Virus record (IMG/VR): IMGVR_UViG_3300047560_001714
Coordinates: 96,001-160,000 of that record
Length of the DNA: 64,000 nt
From: a virus
Reading direction: 5' to 3' (one strand)
A program made the translations under genes and the position numbers. The notes beneath the pieces are model-generated. The model did not search any database and was not told where the DNA came from. It saw only the letters and a list, made by a program, of their open reading frames with translations. This document shows positions 38,837 to 48,285 of this stretch, one piece after another. The stretch's first letter is position 1. Every line of letters starts with the position of its first letter.

Positions 38837-39340
38837 ATGAGATTAGATAACTATAATAACCCAATTTTCAGTGAGCATGATGTTTTTAATATCATGTACG
38901 AAGGTAATATCAATGTATTAGCTAATATACAAGTTGATATTACTGATGAACTAACTAAATTGACAGATATTTCAGATATAGATTTTATAACACCAATCGA
39001 TCCTGCTATATCTGTCAAATCATTAGACAACTCTCGACAACAAAGATGGTTAATGCCAGATGAATACAATTCATTTGATGTATACAACTATTGTCTTTCC
39101 AAATGCAATACTGAACTAGAAAAAACCAGAGTTACCGAGGAATTTGAAGCATTTAAATTATATAAAATGGAAAAGGTCCTCCAATGGCTTAAATATTTCG
39201 TTGATTCATGTACGGAACATAAGATTTTTTGGGGTGTCGGTAGAGGGTCTAGTGTATCTAGTTACATTTTATACCTTTTAGGGGTACATAAAATTAATAG
39301 CATTAAATACAAGTTAGACTGGCGAGAATTTTTACGTTAA
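38837..39340 (+). CDS. truncated DNA polymerase III alpha (DnaE)-like protein
   Basis: WGVGRGSSVSSYILYLLGVHKINSIKYKLDWREFL resembles DnaE VGPGRGS..GSLVAY.LGIT..DP..Y.LLFERFL. Confidence 0.75.
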   Translation: MRLDNYNNPIFSEHDVFNIMYEGNINVLANIQVDITDELTKLTDISDIDFITPIDPAISVKSLDNSRQQRWLMPDEYNSFDVYNYCLSKCNTELEKTRVTEEFEAFKLYKMEKVLQWLKYFVDSCTEHKIFWGVGRGSSVSSYILYLLGVHKINSIKYKLDWREFLR

Positions 39341-39357
39341 TACAAAAGGAACTTAAT

Positions 39358-39663
39358 ATGGCTAAAAAACAAATTATTCACAAATCAATGCGCGGTAAAG
39401 CTGTTGATATGAACAAGTTAATGAATCAAAATGAGATGACTTTAGCAGTTGGGAATGCTAAAGTTAACGCACGAGGGGATGAAATCGGCCCTGGTGGTAA
39501 AATCATATCAAACTTTGATAATATAACCACACCTGGTGGAATGGGTATTCAAAATCATCAGCCTAGACCCGCACCAGCGCAAGCAGAGGTGGTGGTACCA
39601 CCAAAACCAGCAAAACAAGTAAAAGAGGACAGCAATGATGTATTACCAGCGGGTGATGCATGA
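39358..39663 (+). CDS. hypothetical protein
   Basis: NARGDEIGPGG; coupled to groES. Confidence 0.7.
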   Translation: MAKKQIIHKSMRGKAVDMNKLMNQNEMTLAVGNAKVNARGDEIGPGGKIISNFDNITTPGGMGIQNHQPRPAPAQAEVVVPPKPAKQVKEDSNDVLPAGDA

Positions 39664-40049
39664 GTGCAATTGACTGTAATAAGTTAATACCATTGCACGA
39701 TGGCGTGATCGTTACCGATATGAACTTTGATGAACAAGTTACTAAGGCCGGTATCGTAATAACTAGTGATAATGGCAAATCGGAAGGAATAAAACCACGA
39801 TGGGGTAAGGTATATGCCATCGGACCGACCCAAACTGATGTAAAAATAGGTGATTGGGTACTTGTTGAGCACGGTAGATGGACTCGGAAACTCGCAATTA
39901 AAACACCTGGGGTTGAACCATTTGATGTATTAAGAGTTGAAACGAAATCTATACTATTAGTCAGCAATACTCGCCCAGATGATGTATATTTGGGACAATC
40001 TAACGCATCCACCACCCAAACATTTGACTTTAGCAGTCCAATGTTCTAA
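39660..40049 (+). CDS. groES: co-chaperonin GroES-like
   Basis: PLHDGVIV, TKAGIVI mobile loop, GKVYAIGP, VKIGDWVL. Confidence 0.88.
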   Translation: MSAIDCNKLIPLHDGVIVTDMNFDEQVTKAGIVITSDNGKSEGIKPRWGKVYAIGPTQTDVKIGDWVLVEHGRWTRKLAIKTPGVEPFDVLRVETKSILLVSNTRPDDVYLGQSNASTTQTFDFSSPMF

Positions 40050-40054
40050 AATAC

Positions 40055-40082
40055 AGTCGGGATTGCATATCCCGACTTTTTT
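40055..40082 (+). terminator. intrinsic terminator
   Basis: agtcgggat-tgcat-atcccgacttttt. Confidence 0.85.
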
Positions 40083-40111
40083 CATTAACAATCATCAAAA
40101 AGTAGGTAATA

Positions 40112-41047
40112 ATGGCCGCAAAAGAGCTGTGGACTGAAAAATATCGCCCATCAACACTAGACGGGTATGTATTTAAAGATAGTATTCAACAAAAACAGAT
40201 TGAATCTTGGGTTACCGACCGTTCAATCCCTCATTTATTACTAAGTGGCAGTCCTGGAACTGGTAAAACCACTCTTGCAAAGGTATTATGCCATCTATTA
40301 GAGATTCCAAAGCTAGATTTTAAAGTAATTAACGCATCTAGGCATACATCGATTGATTTTATCCGTGACACAATCGTAAATTTTACCCAAATGACCCCAT
40401 TTGGACCATTCAAAGTCGTATTATTGGATGAAGCGGACTATCTTTCACCTAATGCACAAGCGGCATTACGTGGATTAATGGAGGAAAGACATTCAACCGC
40501 TAGATTTATTCTTACATGTAATCATTCTAACCGAATTTTACCTGCGATTGTAAGTAGATGCCAGGGATTCCACGTCAACAAACTCGATATAACAGAATAT
40601 ACCACCAGAGTGGCTAAAATTCTAATTTCAGAGGAGGTGGTATTTGATTTGGATACATTAGATACGTTTGTTAAAGCCAATTATCCAGATTTACGCAAAT
40701 GTATTAACATGGTTCAGCAATATAGTATTGGTGGTAAATTGATTGCACCAACTGACACCGATGCAGATGGATCTGATTATAAGTTTGGAATGGTTGAACT
40801 GTTTAAGAGTGGTAAAATTAGCGAAGCTAGAAAGTTGATATGCAGTAAAGCTAGACCAGAAGAAATTGAAGATATGTACCGCTGGTTATATGATAATATC
40901 GAACTATTTGGTGACAATGAAGAACAGCAAGAGTTGGCAATCTGTGTAATAAAGCAAGGATTAGTTGACCATACCCTAGTGATTGACCCAGAAATCAATT
41001 TATCCGCCACATTAATAAAACTATCACACATAAAAAAAGGGCCGTAA
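40112..41047 (+). CDS. clamp loader small subunit (RFC/gp44-like)
   Basis: WTEKYRP, GSPGTGKT, LDEAD, SRC, DLRKCIN. Confidence 0.93.
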   Translation: MAAKELWTEKYRPSTLDGYVFKDSIQQKQIESWVTDRSIPHLLLSGSPGTGKTTLAKVLCHLLEIPKLDFKVINASRHTSIDFIRDTIVNFTQMTPFGPFKVVLLDEADYLSPNAQAALRGLMEERHSTARFILTCNHSNRILPAIVSRCQGFHVNKLDITEYTTRVAKILISEEVVFDLDTLDTFVKANYPDLRKCINMVQQYSIGGKLIAPTDTDADGSDYKFGMVELFKSGKISEARKLICSKARPEEIEDMYRWLYDNIELFGDNEEQQELAICVIKQGLVDHTLVIDPEINLSATLIKLSHIKKGP

Positions 41048-41057
41048 GGCCCTTTTT
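41032..41057. terminator. bidirectional terminator
   Basis: A-tract gggcc-gtaa-ggccc T-tract between convergent genes. Confidence 0.88.
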
Positions 41058-41774
41058 CTATTCTCCATAAATGCTCAATACTTCTTTTACTGCTGGATGA
41101 CGCTCTATGTCCTGAGCGTTAAAATTAGCAATATCAATATGATGTAAATCTGTTCTTTGTGATATCAAGGTACAAAAATCAATCAAACCGTTGTCTTTAA
41201 GACGATCCGCTTGTTCTAAATCCCCAGTTACCACCATAGTTGAGTTATCCCCTATTCTTGTTAGTAACATCTTCATTTGGTTTACGGTTGCATTTTGCAT
41301 TTCATCTGCAACTATATACGCATTTTTAAAAGTTCTGCCCCTCATGTACGCGAGTGGGCTAATTTCAATAACACCATCCTCCAAATATTTTACTATATCT
41401 CTTTGCTGATAATATTCTGAAAATACGTCAAAGATTGGTCTAGTCCACGGCGCCATTTTTTCATTTAATGTGCCAGGTAAAAATCCCAAATCTTCATCTA
41501 CAGATACGGCAGGTCGTGTCACAACGATTTTTTCAATTTTTCCTTCTTGTAATAACTTAATTCCATACTGAACTGCAAGCATAGTTTTACCTGTACCGGC
41601 GGGACCGATAGCAAATATTATACTTTTTCGTTCGTCTTGTAATTTACGCAAATAATCGCGCTGATGTTGATTGCGCGGTGATAATGATACCACTCGCCGT
41701 TTTTGTGGAAGGTATGGTTGAAAATCTATTATGTTGACTTCTGATGTAAAACGTTTTTTCACTTTTCTACTCAT
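41058..41774 (-). CDS. phoH: PhoH-family ATPase
   Basis: GPAGTGKT, TRPAV, LGFLPG, YMRGRT, DEMQN, GDLEQAD. Confidence 0.95.
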   Translation of the reverse strand: MSRKVKKRFTSEVNIIDFQPYLPQKRRVVSLSPRNQHQRDYLRKLQDERKSIIFAIGPAGTGKTMLAVQYGIKLLQEGKIEKIVVTRPAVSVDEDLGFLPGTLNEKMAPWTRPIFDVFSEYYQQRDIVKYLEDGVIEISPLAYMRGRTFKNAYIVADEMQNATVNQMKMLLTRIGDNSTMVVTGDLEQADRLKDNGLIDFCTLISQRTDLHHIDIANFNAQDIERHPAVKEVLSIYGE

Positions 41775-41895
41775 TCAGTATCTCCTACGATTTTGAGCAA
41801 CGTAGGACGTGTAGTAACTGCCATGTAAACTACATAGGTCCTACTTAAGTATTTATAATAACGGCTAAATAAAGATAACATATACGGGATTTATT

Positions 41896-42483
41896 ATGAA
41901 AGATGTATTAGACGTAATTAAAAACATCCAAAGTTTATATGAGAACAACTCCAATCTTTCAGCTTTGAAAGATTTTGAACGTGTTTTAGCAGAAATGGAT
42001 CTGTATGCATATAACAATTGGGAAGATGGGGAATTAGCGTATGGCCCCAAAATTGATAGACATTGGATTACCGCTGGATTTATGTGGCCACAGAAAAAAA
42101 TGCCTGATCCAATTGGTGCAAAGAGATTATTAGGTCTTGGATGCAAAGTTAAATATCAAAAATCACATTTACTTGAAGCACGCCCTATCCGCACACCAGA
42201 TGATATCAGACCTGGTACAAAAAAAGGAAAAGTTGATAGAAATCCAATTTGGATTGTCGAAATTCAGATGCCCAAAAAAGTCGCCTTTGATATGTACAAA
42301 GGATACATGGACAAGATGAAAGCTGAAAATGCTGATAATACTCCAGCATTAACGAATGCAACCGCACCAGCGACACCAGCACCAACCGCACCAGCAATGG
42401 CACCAGGAATGGCACCAGGCGGCGCCGCAGGTGGGGCTCCTAATATGTCGGCAGCAGGAGGGGCGCCAGCACCGGCGATTTAA
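41896..42483 (+). CDS. hypothetical protein with Ala/Pro/Gly-rich tail
   Basis: TAAATA motif upstream. Confidence 0.75.
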   Translation: MKDVLDVIKNIQSLYENNSNLSALKDFERVLAEMDLYAYNNWEDGELAYGPKIDRHWITAGFMWPQKKMPDPIGAKRLLGLGCKVKYQKSHLLEARPIRTPDDIRPGTKKGKVDRNPIWIVEIQMPKKVAFDMYKGYMDKMKAENADNTPALTNATAPATPAPTAPAMAPGMAPGGAAGGAPNMSAAGGAPAPAI

Positions 42484-42484
42484 T

Positions 42485-43228
42485 ATGGCAAATTTACAAG
42501 AAAGTTTACGAAAAAATGACCTTATACATTTAGTTGATAAAGTTTTTGAGATAGATGCATACCAAAGTAAAATCGGTGATGATAAAAACGTGGTCGTATT
42601 GAGCTTTACCGTTGACTCAGAAGACCCAGCAAAAGACTTAGAGAATTTTGTAGAAATGGGGTATGACTTTGTGTTAGATGCCGACGTCAGTCCTGGTGAA
42701 TCTGATGATGGTAAATATAAAGTTTTTATTGAATTAGAACGCAACCGACATACCGCTGAACAAATCCTAGAAATTTTAGATGGTGTTGAACGCATAACTG
42801 GGATGCCAGATATGAGATTTAGATACTTTAAAAACTTTACTAGTCACGATGCAAATTTAGAAAATCTAGCTAACATAATTCCAATTACAAAAGCATCATA
42901 TGAACGTGCAACCAACCCAGAAAGCATGGATAACTTTAGTAACTTTTTCTCAAATAGTTCATCCGATAAAGTTGATGTAATAGGGGAAACGATTAAATTT
43001 AATAAACTACGAGCTGACCCACTCTCGTTCAGAATTATCAATAGTGGGTTGAAAGAAGATGTGTATGCATCTATAAAAGGCCCAATTATGATAGAAAGCA
43101 AAGATATTGCCGAAGTAATGTTCTATACAAAATATATTGGTAATTACAATATTAATAAAATAGGAAATACTTTTATCTTTGAGAATAACGGATGGGCCGT
43201 ATCTATGGAGAGAAATAATGGCATTTGA
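42485..43228 (+). CDS. hypothetical protein
   Basis: Likely start MANLQES at 42485. Confidence 0.75.
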   Translation: MANLQESLRKNDLIHLVDKVFEIDAYQSKIGDDKNVVVLSFTVDSEDPAKDLENFVEMGYDFVLDADVSPGESDDGKYKVFIELERNRHTAEQILEILDGVERITGMPDMRFRYFKNFTSHDANLENLANIIPITKASYERATNPESMDNFSNFFSNSSSDKVDVIGETIKFNKLRADPLSFRIINSGLKEDVYASIKGPIMIESKDIAEVMFYTKYIGNYNINKIGNTFIFENNGWAVSMERNNGI

Positions 43229-43844
43229 TTTTAGCTTTACTGAAGCAAAACTGGCGCAATTATTACCAGGGAATAAGTACGTGGAGTACTGGTTTGACGC
43301 CCTGAATATGATTTTGCCAGATTATGAAATAAACACACTATTGCGTGTAAGTGCATTTATTGCGCAAACCGCGCATGAAAGCGGCAACTATAAATGTTTA
43401 AAAGAAAACTTAAATTATAGAGCAGTCACCTTACGTAAAGTATTCCCAAAATACTTTCCAACCGATGCATTGGCTGCACAATATGCACAAAAACCAGAAA
43501 AAATCGCAAATAAAGTCTATGGTGGCAGAATGGGGAACGGTCCAGAATCATCAGGTGACGGATTCCGTTACTGCGGTCGTGGCTTAATTCAGTTAACTGG
43601 TAAAACCAACTATACTAAATTTGCCGAATCTATCGATACACCATTAGCCGACATTCCTGAATATTTAGGCACGTTTGAAGGAGCACTTCAATCCGCGTGC
43701 TGGTTCTGGGAAGAAAATGGACTTAACAAATGGGCAGATAAAGGTGATATGTTAACGTTAACCAAACGTATTAACGGTGGAACTATCGGTCTTCAAGATC
43801 GTATTAAACACTATCATCATGCAATGCACGTTTTAGGACAATAA
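43218..43844 (+). CDS. glycoside hydrolase family 19 endolysin
   Basis: FIAQTAHES, ENLNY, YCGRGLIQLTGKTNY, SACWFW, TKRINGG. Confidence 0.93.
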   Translation: MAFDFSFTEAKLAQLLPGNKYVEYWFDALNMILPDYEINTLLRVSAFIAQTAHESGNYKCLKENLNYRAVTLRKVFPKYFPTDALAAQYAQKPEKIANKVYGGRMGNGPESSGDGFRYCGRGLIQLTGKTNYTKFAESIDTPLADIPEYLGTFEGALQSACWFWEENGLNKWADKGDMLTLTKRINGGTIGLQDRIKHYHHAMHVLGQ

Positions 43845-43873
43845 TATTAATAGACACGATTATGGAGTAAATT

Positions 43874-44374
43874 ATGTCAGCAAAAGATTACAACAAATTA
43901 ACCGCCGCAGAACAGGCGGGTGAAGATTTTATGTCAAAAAACTGGAGACCAATGATGGCAATCACATACATGATGACATGTATTTTTGATTTTATCGCTG
44001 GACCAATCCTTTATAATGTATTACAATACTACAATCCTGGGCAACATTTAGATATGTGGCAACCATTAACACTACAAGGTGGTGGTTTATACCATATCGC
44101 AATGGGTGTTGTATTAGGTATTACCGCACATGGTAGAACACAAGAAAAAATTAATGGAGCTGATGCCCCTGCACCAGCAATGCCTGGTATTGGTGGAATG
44201 ATTAGCAGTTTTGCACCACAACCAGCTGCACCGGCGCCACAGCCACAATTTGCACCACAGCCACAATTTGCACCACAACCAGCTGCATACCAACCGCCAG
44301 AACCGATGGCTGCACCTGTTCAAAGTGGTAAATTAGGCCGTATTGTTCCACAAGAAGATGACCCATTACTATAA
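43874..44374 (+). CDS. holin-like membrane protein (GTA 3TM holin-like) with Pro/Gln tail
   Basis: WRPMMAITY...FDF; GRTQEK; follows the endolysin; 18-bp repeat at 44237-44281. Confidence 0.65.
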   Translation: MSAKDYNKLTAAEQAGEDFMSKNWRPMMAITYMMTCIFDFIAGPILYNVLQYYNPGQHLDMWQPLTLQGGGLYHIAMGVVLGITAHGRTQEKINGADAPAPAMPGIGGMISSFAPQPAAPAPQPQFAPQPQFAPQPAAYQPPEPMAAPVQSGKLGRIVPQEDDPLL

Positions 44375-44383
44375 GGAAATTAT

Positions 44384-44644
44384 ATGAAATTTTTAGCAAC
44401 CATTTTATTATTAGTACCATTCACAATTTTAGCAGACGACGCAGTTGTTGAAAAAGCTGCTGAAGTTAAAGTTGAACAAGCGGCGGACGTTAAACCAGAA
44501 ACTGCTAAAGAAGAAGTTAAAAAAGAAGACGTTAAAAAAGAAGAAGTTAAAAAAGAAGACGTTAAAAAAGAAGAATCCAAACCAGCTGGAAAACCAGGAA
44601 AGAAAAAGCATCGTAAATACGAAGGCCGTAAAGTTCCTGTATAA
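44384..44644 (+). CDS. small exported K/E-rich protein
   Basis: Signal-peptide-like N-terminus; E(E/D)VKK x4 encoded by 15-bp repeats 44507-44575. Confidence 0.7.
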   Translation: MKFLATILLLVPFTILADDAVVEKAAEVKVEQAADVKPETAKEEVKKEDVKKEEVKKEDVKKEESKPAGKPGKKKHRKYEGRKVPV

Positions 44645-44653
44645 AAACAGTTC

Positions 44654-44682
44654 TTGACAGGTTACTCTAATTATTGTATAAT
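44654..44682 (+). promoter_or_regulatory. sigma70-type promoter of dnaJ-clpA
   Basis: TTGACA-17 bp-TATAAT with extended TG. Confidence 0.88.
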
Positions 44683-44715
44683 TACCTATATACAACTTTG
44701 GAGTAACCTAATTAT

Positions 44716-45561
44716 ATGACACATTATTCAACATTAGGCGTTTCTGAAAACGCATCTCAAGACGAAATTAAACAAGCATATCGTCGATTAGCAAATAAAC
44801 ATCACCCCGACAAAGGCGGCGATCAAGCAACATTCAAATCAATATCAGCCGCATACGATGTGGTGGGCGACCCCCAAAAACGTGCGGAATATGATAATCA
44901 TCAACGATATGAACAAATGGGGCATTCATTTGGTGGAGGTGGCTTTGCACATTTTCATCAAGGAAACTTTCATGATATATTTGGGCACGCATCACCATTT
45001 GGTGACATGTTTGGTAGACGCGCCGTTCATAAAAACCGAGACTTAAATTTAAACTGTACAATATCACTTGCCGATTCCTTTATCGGTAAGCAATTTGAAA
45101 CTAGATATAGATTACCAAGTGGTAATGAATCTAGTGTTGTAATTTCTGTACCAGCAGGGGTTGCAAATGGTGATACAATAAAGTATAATGGTTTGGGTGA
45201 TGACACTATTAGTAATATCCCTCGCGGAAACTTAAATATAACTATTTTAGTACAGCATGACGAAAAATTTGACAGAGTGGGCGATGACCTGTATACTACT
45301 GTCGAAATCAACCCAATCGAAGCAATAATTGGATGTACAAAGCAAGTACAAACAATTACCGGTGCAATGACAAAAGTTGATATTCGTCCAGGTGTTGAAA
45401 CCGGCACCGAATTTGCAAAACCAGGTGGTGGATTCAAAAATATCCATACCAACATGCTAGGTAGGTTTGTGGTACTTGTTAAGATTAAAACACCAACTAT
45501 CACTGACCGAGATTTACTCTCACAACTTAGCGATATAAACAATAAACTTAATTCACTTTAA
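44716..45561 (+). CDS. dnaJ: DnaJ/CbpA-type co-chaperone (class II, no zinc finger)
   Basis: J domain with HPDKGG, G/F region, C-terminal substrate-binding domain. Confidence 0.9.
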   Translation: MTHYSTLGVSENASQDEIKQAYRRLANKHHPDKGGDQATFKSISAAYDVVGDPQKRAEYDNHQRYEQMGHSFGGGGFAHFHQGNFHDIFGHASPFGDMFGRRAVHKNRDLNLNCTISLADSFIGKQFETRYRLPSGNESSVVISVPAGVANGDTIKYNGLGDDTISNIPRGNLNITILVQHDEKFDRVGDDLYTTVEINPIEAIIGCTKQVQTITGAMTKVDIRPGVETGTEFAKPGGGFKNIHTNMLGRFVVLVKIKTPTITDRDLLSQLSDINNKLNSL

Positions 45562-45577
45562 CAACGAGGTATACAAT

Positions 45578-47845
45578 ATGGTAGAGCCAAGCGCAGAATT
45601 TGAAGCAGTACTAGGTGTAGCGTTAGAAACAGCAAAAGACTTGCATCATGAATACATTACATTAGAGCATGTGATGCATGCAATGTTGTCAAGTGAAGAT
45701 TTCACTTCATATCTAGTGGGATATGGGTGTAATGTTAGTACACTAAAATCTAAACTTGTGGCACATTTACAAAATAAATGTGACGACATTATTAGCAAGA
45801 CACGTGTTGAAACGCCTCGTAAGACACCAGCATTTGAACGAATGTTAAATAAAGTGTTCACGCAAGTAATCTTTAACAATAGACAAAAAGTCGAAGTTAC
45901 TGATGCGTTTTTAACTATGTTAGCCGAAAAAAATTCGTGGGCTGTATATTATGCTAGTGAGGCGGGAATCGATAAAGCAAAATTTGCGGATTATATTCAA
46001 ACTAATGCAATTCTCGATGCCCCTGTACCATCCGGTAACGACAAACGGTCAACTAAAGCATTGCAAGCATTCGCAACGAATCTAAACGACGAAGTTAACA
46101 AAGGAAAAATCGATCCGGTAATTGGTCGTGCAAATGAGCTTGAAAATATTGCGTTAGCGTTGGGCAGACGTAGTAAAAATAATGTTATCCTAGTCGGTGA
46201 CCCAGGCGTTGGTAAAACTGCGATTGCCGAAGGTTTGGCACACAATATTGTAAATGATGTGGTACCAGAATTCCTAAAAGGATATACTGTGTACAACTTA
46301 GATATTTCTGCAATGTTAGCTGGATCTAAATATCGTGGTGATTTTGAAGAACGCTTTAAACAAGTTATCAAAGCATTGGATGAAAAAGGTAAAACCGTAT
46401 TATTCATCGATGAAGCACACATGATTAATGGTGCCGGTGCTGGGCAAAATTCTGCCAATGATTTGGCAAATATGATGAAACCAGCATTAAGTAAAGGTAA
46501 CATTAAAGTAATTGCATCGACAACATGGGATGAGTATCGTAAACATTTTGAAAAAGATCGTGCATTAATGCGTCGTTTCCAACGAATCACAGTTGATGAA
46601 CCATCACAAGAAATGACATTCAAGATTCTAAGTGGTATTAAAAAATACTATGAAAAACATCACGATGTTAAAATTAAAGATTGCGCATTACATGCGGCGA
46701 TTAAATTATCAGTCAAATACCAAGCTGATAAAAAACTCCCAGATAAAGCAATTGACTTAATTGATGTTGCATGTTCACGTTTTAACTTAAAAGTTGCGGA
46801 TCAGCGTGTTGTTGCTGAACGAGAAATTCAATTTGAATTGGCAAAAATGGTTAATTTACCAGAAGAGCAAGTTATGGAAACCGAAAGTGCCCATATTGCA
46901 ACTCTCCAAGAAAAAATTGAAAATGATGTCTTTGGTCAAGATTTGGCATTGACTGAAATCGTTGACAAAATTATCGTTGCGCAAGCTGGATTAAAACCCG
47001 ACAACAAACCAATCGGTTCATTTGTATTCATGGGTCCAACTGGTTGTGGTAAAACTGAAACAGCGAAATCATTAGCACACCACTTAAATGTTAAATTACT
47101 TAGATTCGATATGTCTGAGTATCAAGAAAAACATAGTGTTAGCAAACTATTAGGTGCACCTCCTGGGTATGCTGGTTATGATGATAATGCTGGTGCGTTG
47201 ATAACACAACTCCAAGAAAATCCAAATGCGGTGTTATTACTAGATGAAATTGAAAAATCTCACCCAGATGTATCAACCGTGTTGTTACAAATGATGGATA
47301 ACGGTTTTATTACTGGTAGTAATGGTAAAAAAGCGGATTGCAGAAATATTGTAATGATTATGACAACTAATGCTGGCGCTCAATCCGCTGAAAAAAATGC
47401 AATCGGATTTGGGTCGCAAGAGAAAGCATATTCGGATGCTGATCTAAAAAAATTCTTTACACCAGAGTTTCGTAACCGTTTGGATGGTATTATTACATTC
47501 AATAAACTTGGTAAAGAAAGTATGGTTAAAGTGGTTAATAAATTTATCGATGAAGTCAGAGCACAAGTTAAAGATAAAGGTGTTAAGATTAAATTGACAA
47601 AAGATGCCACAGCATGGTTACTTGATAACGGATTTGATCCAAAAATGGGCGCAAGACCATTACATAGATTGATTGATAAAGAAATCAAGCGTGATTTAGC
47701 AAAACTAATGTTGTTTGGCGAATTGCAAAACGGTGGAACATTAACCGTTGGCGTTGAAAATAATCAACTTTCACTATCAGTTAAACCAAAACTGGTGAAA
47801 GAATCACTACTTATAACAGTTGATACTGACGAGGTTATTATTTAA
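45578..47845 (+). CDS. clpA: ATP-dependent Clp protease ATP-binding subunit ClpA
   Basis: Clp N-domain (HEYITLEH), GDPGVGKT, GPTGCGKT, IGF ClpP-docking loop, PEFRNRLD, MGARPL. Confidence 0.93.
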   Translation: MVEPSAEFEAVLGVALETAKDLHHEYITLEHVMHAMLSSEDFTSYLVGYGCNVSTLKSKLVAHLQNKCDDIISKTRVETPRKTPAFERMLNKVFTQVIFNNRQKVEVTDAFLTMLAEKNSWAVYYASEAGIDKAKFADYIQTNAILDAPVPSGNDKRSTKALQAFATNLNDEVNKGKIDPVIGRANELENIALALGRRSKNNVILVGDPGVGKTAIAEGLAHNIVNDVVPEFLKGYTVYNLDISAMLAGSKYRGDFEERFKQVIKALDEKGKTVLFIDEAHMINGAGAGQNSANDLANMMKPALSKGNIKVIASTTWDEYRKHFEKDRALMRRFQRITVDEPSQEMTFKILSGIKKYYEKHHDVKIKDCALHAAIKLSVKYQADKKLPDKAIDLIDVACSRFNLKVADQRVVAEREIQFELAKMVNLPEEQVMETESAHIATLQEKIENDVFGQDLALTEIVDKIIVAQAGLKPDNKPIGSFVFMGPTGCGKTETAKSLAHHLNVKLLRFDMSEYQEKHSVSKLLGAPPGYAGYDDNAGALITQLQENPNAVLLLDEIEKSHPDVSTVLLQMMDNGFITGSNGKKADCRNIVMIMTTNAGAQSAEKNAIGFGSQEKAYSDADLKKFFTPEFRNRLDGIITFNKLGKESMVKVVNKFIDEVRAQVKDKGVKIKLTKDATAWLLDNGFDPKMGARPLHRLIDKEIKRDLAKLMLFGELQNGGTLTVGVENNQLSLSVKPKLVKESLLITVDTDEVII

Positions 47846-47852
47846 CATCTAC

Positions 47853-47889
47853 GCCCGGTTGATAAATACAATATCAACCGGGCTTTTTT
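47853..47889 (+). terminator. terminator hairpin with an embedded late-promoter motif
   Basis: gcccggttgata-aatacaa-tatcaaccgggc-tttttt; GATAAATAC at 47861-47869. Confidence 0.8.
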
Positions 47890-48264
47890 ATGCGTATAAT
47901 AGAATTACTAGAGACTATAAATTTTAAAGACGACGAATTTGTCAAACCAGTTGGCGACGAGGGAAAACGTGAAATAGCATTTGACGTTCCAGAAGATATT
48001 ATTTTTTATATGCGGAACGATGATAACGCATTTCGTAATCATTTATACCCAGTAATCGCTAAATGTTTAGATTTAATTTCATCTAATAAAAAAACACACC
48101 CATCTTTATTTGCAGATGCGGTAAAAGAATGTTATAATTCTTATATATCTGAATATCCAATCAGAGAACTAGGCAAATCTATCGATAAACAACATCATAA
48201 AGATACTTGTATTAAATTACATGATGAAGTTATTGATGAAATCAACAATGGAAAATATGATTAA
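47890..48264 (+). CDS. hypothetical protein, CTS-like N-terminus
   Basis: MRIIELLE. Confidence 0.7.
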   Translation: MRIIELLETINFKDDEFVKPVGDEGKREIAFDVPEDIIFYMRNDDNAFRNHLYPVIAKCLDLISSNKKTHPSLFADAVKECYNSYISEYPIRELGKSIDKQHHKDTCIKLHDEVIDEINNGKYD

Positions 48265-48285
48265 CACTACACAACAGGTACACAC

